A DNA stretch of 64,000 nucleotides from an uncultured Chthonomonadaceae bacterium (GTDB lineage Bacteria; Armatimonadota; Chthonomonadetes; Chthonomonadales; Chthonomonadaceae): positions 480,001 to 544,000 of the forward strand of contig CAWIEK010000053.1 of assembly GCA_963835065.1 (NCBI GenBank). Reading direction: 5' to 3'. This document shows positions 61,596 through 64,000 of the stretch, in pieces. The notes beneath the pieces are model-generated. The model saw only the letters and a list, made by a program, of their open reading frames with translations, was not told where the DNA came from and searched no databases. Each line of letters begins with the position of its first letter. Positions within the stretch are counted from its first letter, which is position 1. The translations under genes and the position numbers were made by a program.

Positions 61596-64000
61596 TCAGG
61601 TCGTCGCAGTGGAAGCAAAAGGACGAGGAAGTTCAGGAATGGGCTTCGGGGTCGGTTTGGGTAAACTTTCCACACAAGCTTCTTTACAGAGTTCCAGAGA
61701 CTTAGCGCAAGAAGGTTTTTTCTCGCATTCTTCTTTGAACGCCTCGTAGAGGTTGCGGAGACAGGCGTACCATCGTGGTGAGCGTTGAGGTGCCGCATGT
61801 AAATCACATTCACGCAACCACAGAACTGCGCCAATGAAGAAAGTGGCGATACAGGCGATACAGCCTAGTTTGAAGATAGGTTCTAAGGGATTAAAAGGCC
61901 CACCGCTTCCTGGTATTCCAATGCGTCCGTTCATAAACAGCAGGCCGTCTTCGGTTGTTGTGCCGTATTGCCACCAACCGGCAGCGTTGCCGGTGGTATA
62001 TTGCTGTACTCCGAAAGCGTCATAGACGTTGCTGCCGGTAATCTGAGCAGCATTATTGGAGACGACAGGAAAGGAATTGAATATATCGGCATGGTAGTAA
62101 TCGCCATTCCGACGAATGATCCGATTGCTACATCCACTGCCCCCTTTCAAGTATAAGGCGCTTGTTGTCCATGTGCTGCCTGTGAGGTCGCTTGTTTGCT
62201 CCACGAGTTCACCGGCATTGCAGGCGACGCCACACGGATACCATGTCCATACGTTGTTGGCATAATCCTTGCGCCACCGTCTGCCTCCATCCGCCGCATA
62301 ACCGTAGTCGTAAGCGGTTGTTATCGTGCCACTGGTGTTGTGCTGGATGCGGGTGAGATGCTGCTCCTCATCATACTGGAACAGCTTCGTGTACCCGCTT
62401 CCCGGCGCGCTTGCCAATGTGCCGTCGTTGTTCCAAGTGTACAGTTCCGTCAAGCCCGTTGCGCTGTCCACCACTTGCGTCAACCTTCCGGCTCCGTCGT
62501 AGGTGTACGCGCCGTTGTGAACGGTGACGCCGTTGGTCACGACAACAGCCGTCTTGCGCCGGTTGCTGTTGTCATACGTGTACGTGCCACTGTAGGGCTT
62601 TGTGCCCGTCCTGACTTCGCTGAGGAGGTTGTTGGCACTGTCATAGCGTGAACGTGGTCACATCCCCGCTTGGCTGCTCCGTAATGCTGGTCAGCCGGTT
62701 GGCGTTGTCATACGTGGCGGCATAGCTTACCAGAACCGTGTTTGTTGCCACCACTTTGTGGCTGAGGCTTGTCAGGCGGTTTGCGCCATCGTAGCCATAG
62801 GTGGTCTGTGTGCCGTTGGGGTACGTAACCGTAGTGACAAGCCCATCCACGTTGTAGGCGTAGTCGGCATGGGCGTTGTCCCCTCCATCCAATACAGACG
62901 CGAGTTGGTAGAGGCTGTTGAGGGTGTTCGTCACTTGCCGGCTGCTCACATCGGTTTGCGTGAGCAGATTGCCCAATGGATCATACGTGGCAGAAGTGTT
63001 GCCGCGTGGATCGGTCATGCTCGTTCGCTGACCGAGCGTGTTGTAGCCGTAGGTGCGAATACCCGTCACATCGCTGCTCTGCGTGAGTTGCCCTGCCGGA
63101 TTGTACACGAAGCCAAGACCGGTGTTGCCGCTCGTGGGGTACGCTACTGCCGTTGTTCTTCCCCAATCATCAAGGGTGTAGTTGGTGACGCGGCTGAGAG
63201 CATCGGTGCGCTGCGTTGTCTGTCCCACGCTGTTGTTGACCCACGACGTGACATGGCTCAGAGGATCAGTGGAACTGTTGGGGAAGCCGTTCGTGTCGTA
63301 GCCGGTCAGCCACATCCGGCTTTCTCCATCCGTGAGGCTGGTTTGCTGTCCAAGCGTGTTGACGCCGTAGCTGGTGGTATGCCCGTTCGCGTCCTGAACG
63401 CTGGTCAGGTTGCCATGCGTGTCATAGCCGTAGCTCGTCATGGTGGCTGAGAGGATCGGTGCTGGTGAGCAGTCTGCCGCTTGGCCCGTCTACCGTCTTG
63501 ACCGTCTGGTGTCCAAGCGGGTCTTGGGACACGAGTTCGTTGCCATAGTTGTCGAAGGTGGAGTTGAACGTTTTGCCGGAAGGGAGTTGGGTTGCCGTGC
63601 GGTTGTGGCTGTTGTCATAGGTGAATACGGTCAGGTTGCTATTCGCGTCCATGACGCCCACCACGCGGTTCAAGTTATCCAGTCCGTACTGCGTGATGTT
63701 GCCGTTGGCGTCGTGCCAGTGCTTCAAGGTCGTGCACGTTGGCAGGCCAGGGCGAACCATCCGCAGGCGCAGAGGCGAGATGCGGGTAGCCGCCATTGTT
63801 GCCGCCGGGCAAACGTGGTGCTGCTCAACACGTTGCCGCTATAGCCATAGCCCCATGTCCGTCCAAGACGATCTGCAAGGGAGGCAACGTTGTTGTTGCT
63901 GTCGTAGGTCATCTGCTGATTGTACGTCTGCCCGGACAAAGCAGGTGTGGTGAGGCTGGTCAGTTTGCCGCTGGTATAGCCAAGCGTGTAGGTTTTGCTC
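61596..64000 (-). CDS. RHS/YD-repeat protein, 5' end outside window, several frameshifts
   Basis: YD repeats (YGYDTHGNLTSVQDANG, YTYDGAGRL), YYHAD..VYDAFG; split over ORFs 63724, 63422, 62641 and 61596. Confidence 0.88.

Noticed and set aside
63700..63850. Non-YD sequence inside the RHS gene as an insertion element
   Set aside because: No terminal repeats and flanked by multiple frame breaks; looks like low-quality consensus.

Overview
GC-rich bacterial chromosomal segment of about 50 genes. It has a planctomycete-like gene repertoire (DUF1501, DUF1549/1553, FGE, ThuA, GH172), and an Armatimonadota-like host is my guess. At least ten genes carry single-base frameshifts, mostly at homopolymers, which is best explained by long-read indel errors. 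Housekeeping genes (tsaE-tsaB, pyrF, dppA-like, acnA, Omp85, apbE, GH42) are interleaved with accessory modules. These are: (i) a PARIS-like ATPase + DUF4435 pair; (ii) a defence-like island at 30.6-38.0 kb, where a class III nucleotidyl-cyclase/PPR-repeat/TPR fusion gene overlaps the start of a coiled-coil McrB(NxD)/McrC pair resembling CoCoNuT, followed by a HEPN-like pair; (iii) a UxxC selenoprotein with a second in-frame UGA; (iv) an ORF-less IS200/IS605-type mini-element with its own promoter and a structured omega-RNA-like body; (v) a DIP1984-like helical gene followed directly by a roughly 300-nt structured non-coding region; and (vi) toxin-antitoxin pairs and an RHS gene. Many 7-10-nt tandem/inverted repeat arrays occur, several translated in frame inside enzymes. 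The best candidates for an undescribed system are the cyclase-PPR + McrBC module and the DIP1984-like gene + RNA unit. All family calls come from motif recognition, not database searches. No tRNA, rRNA or CRISPR array was seen.
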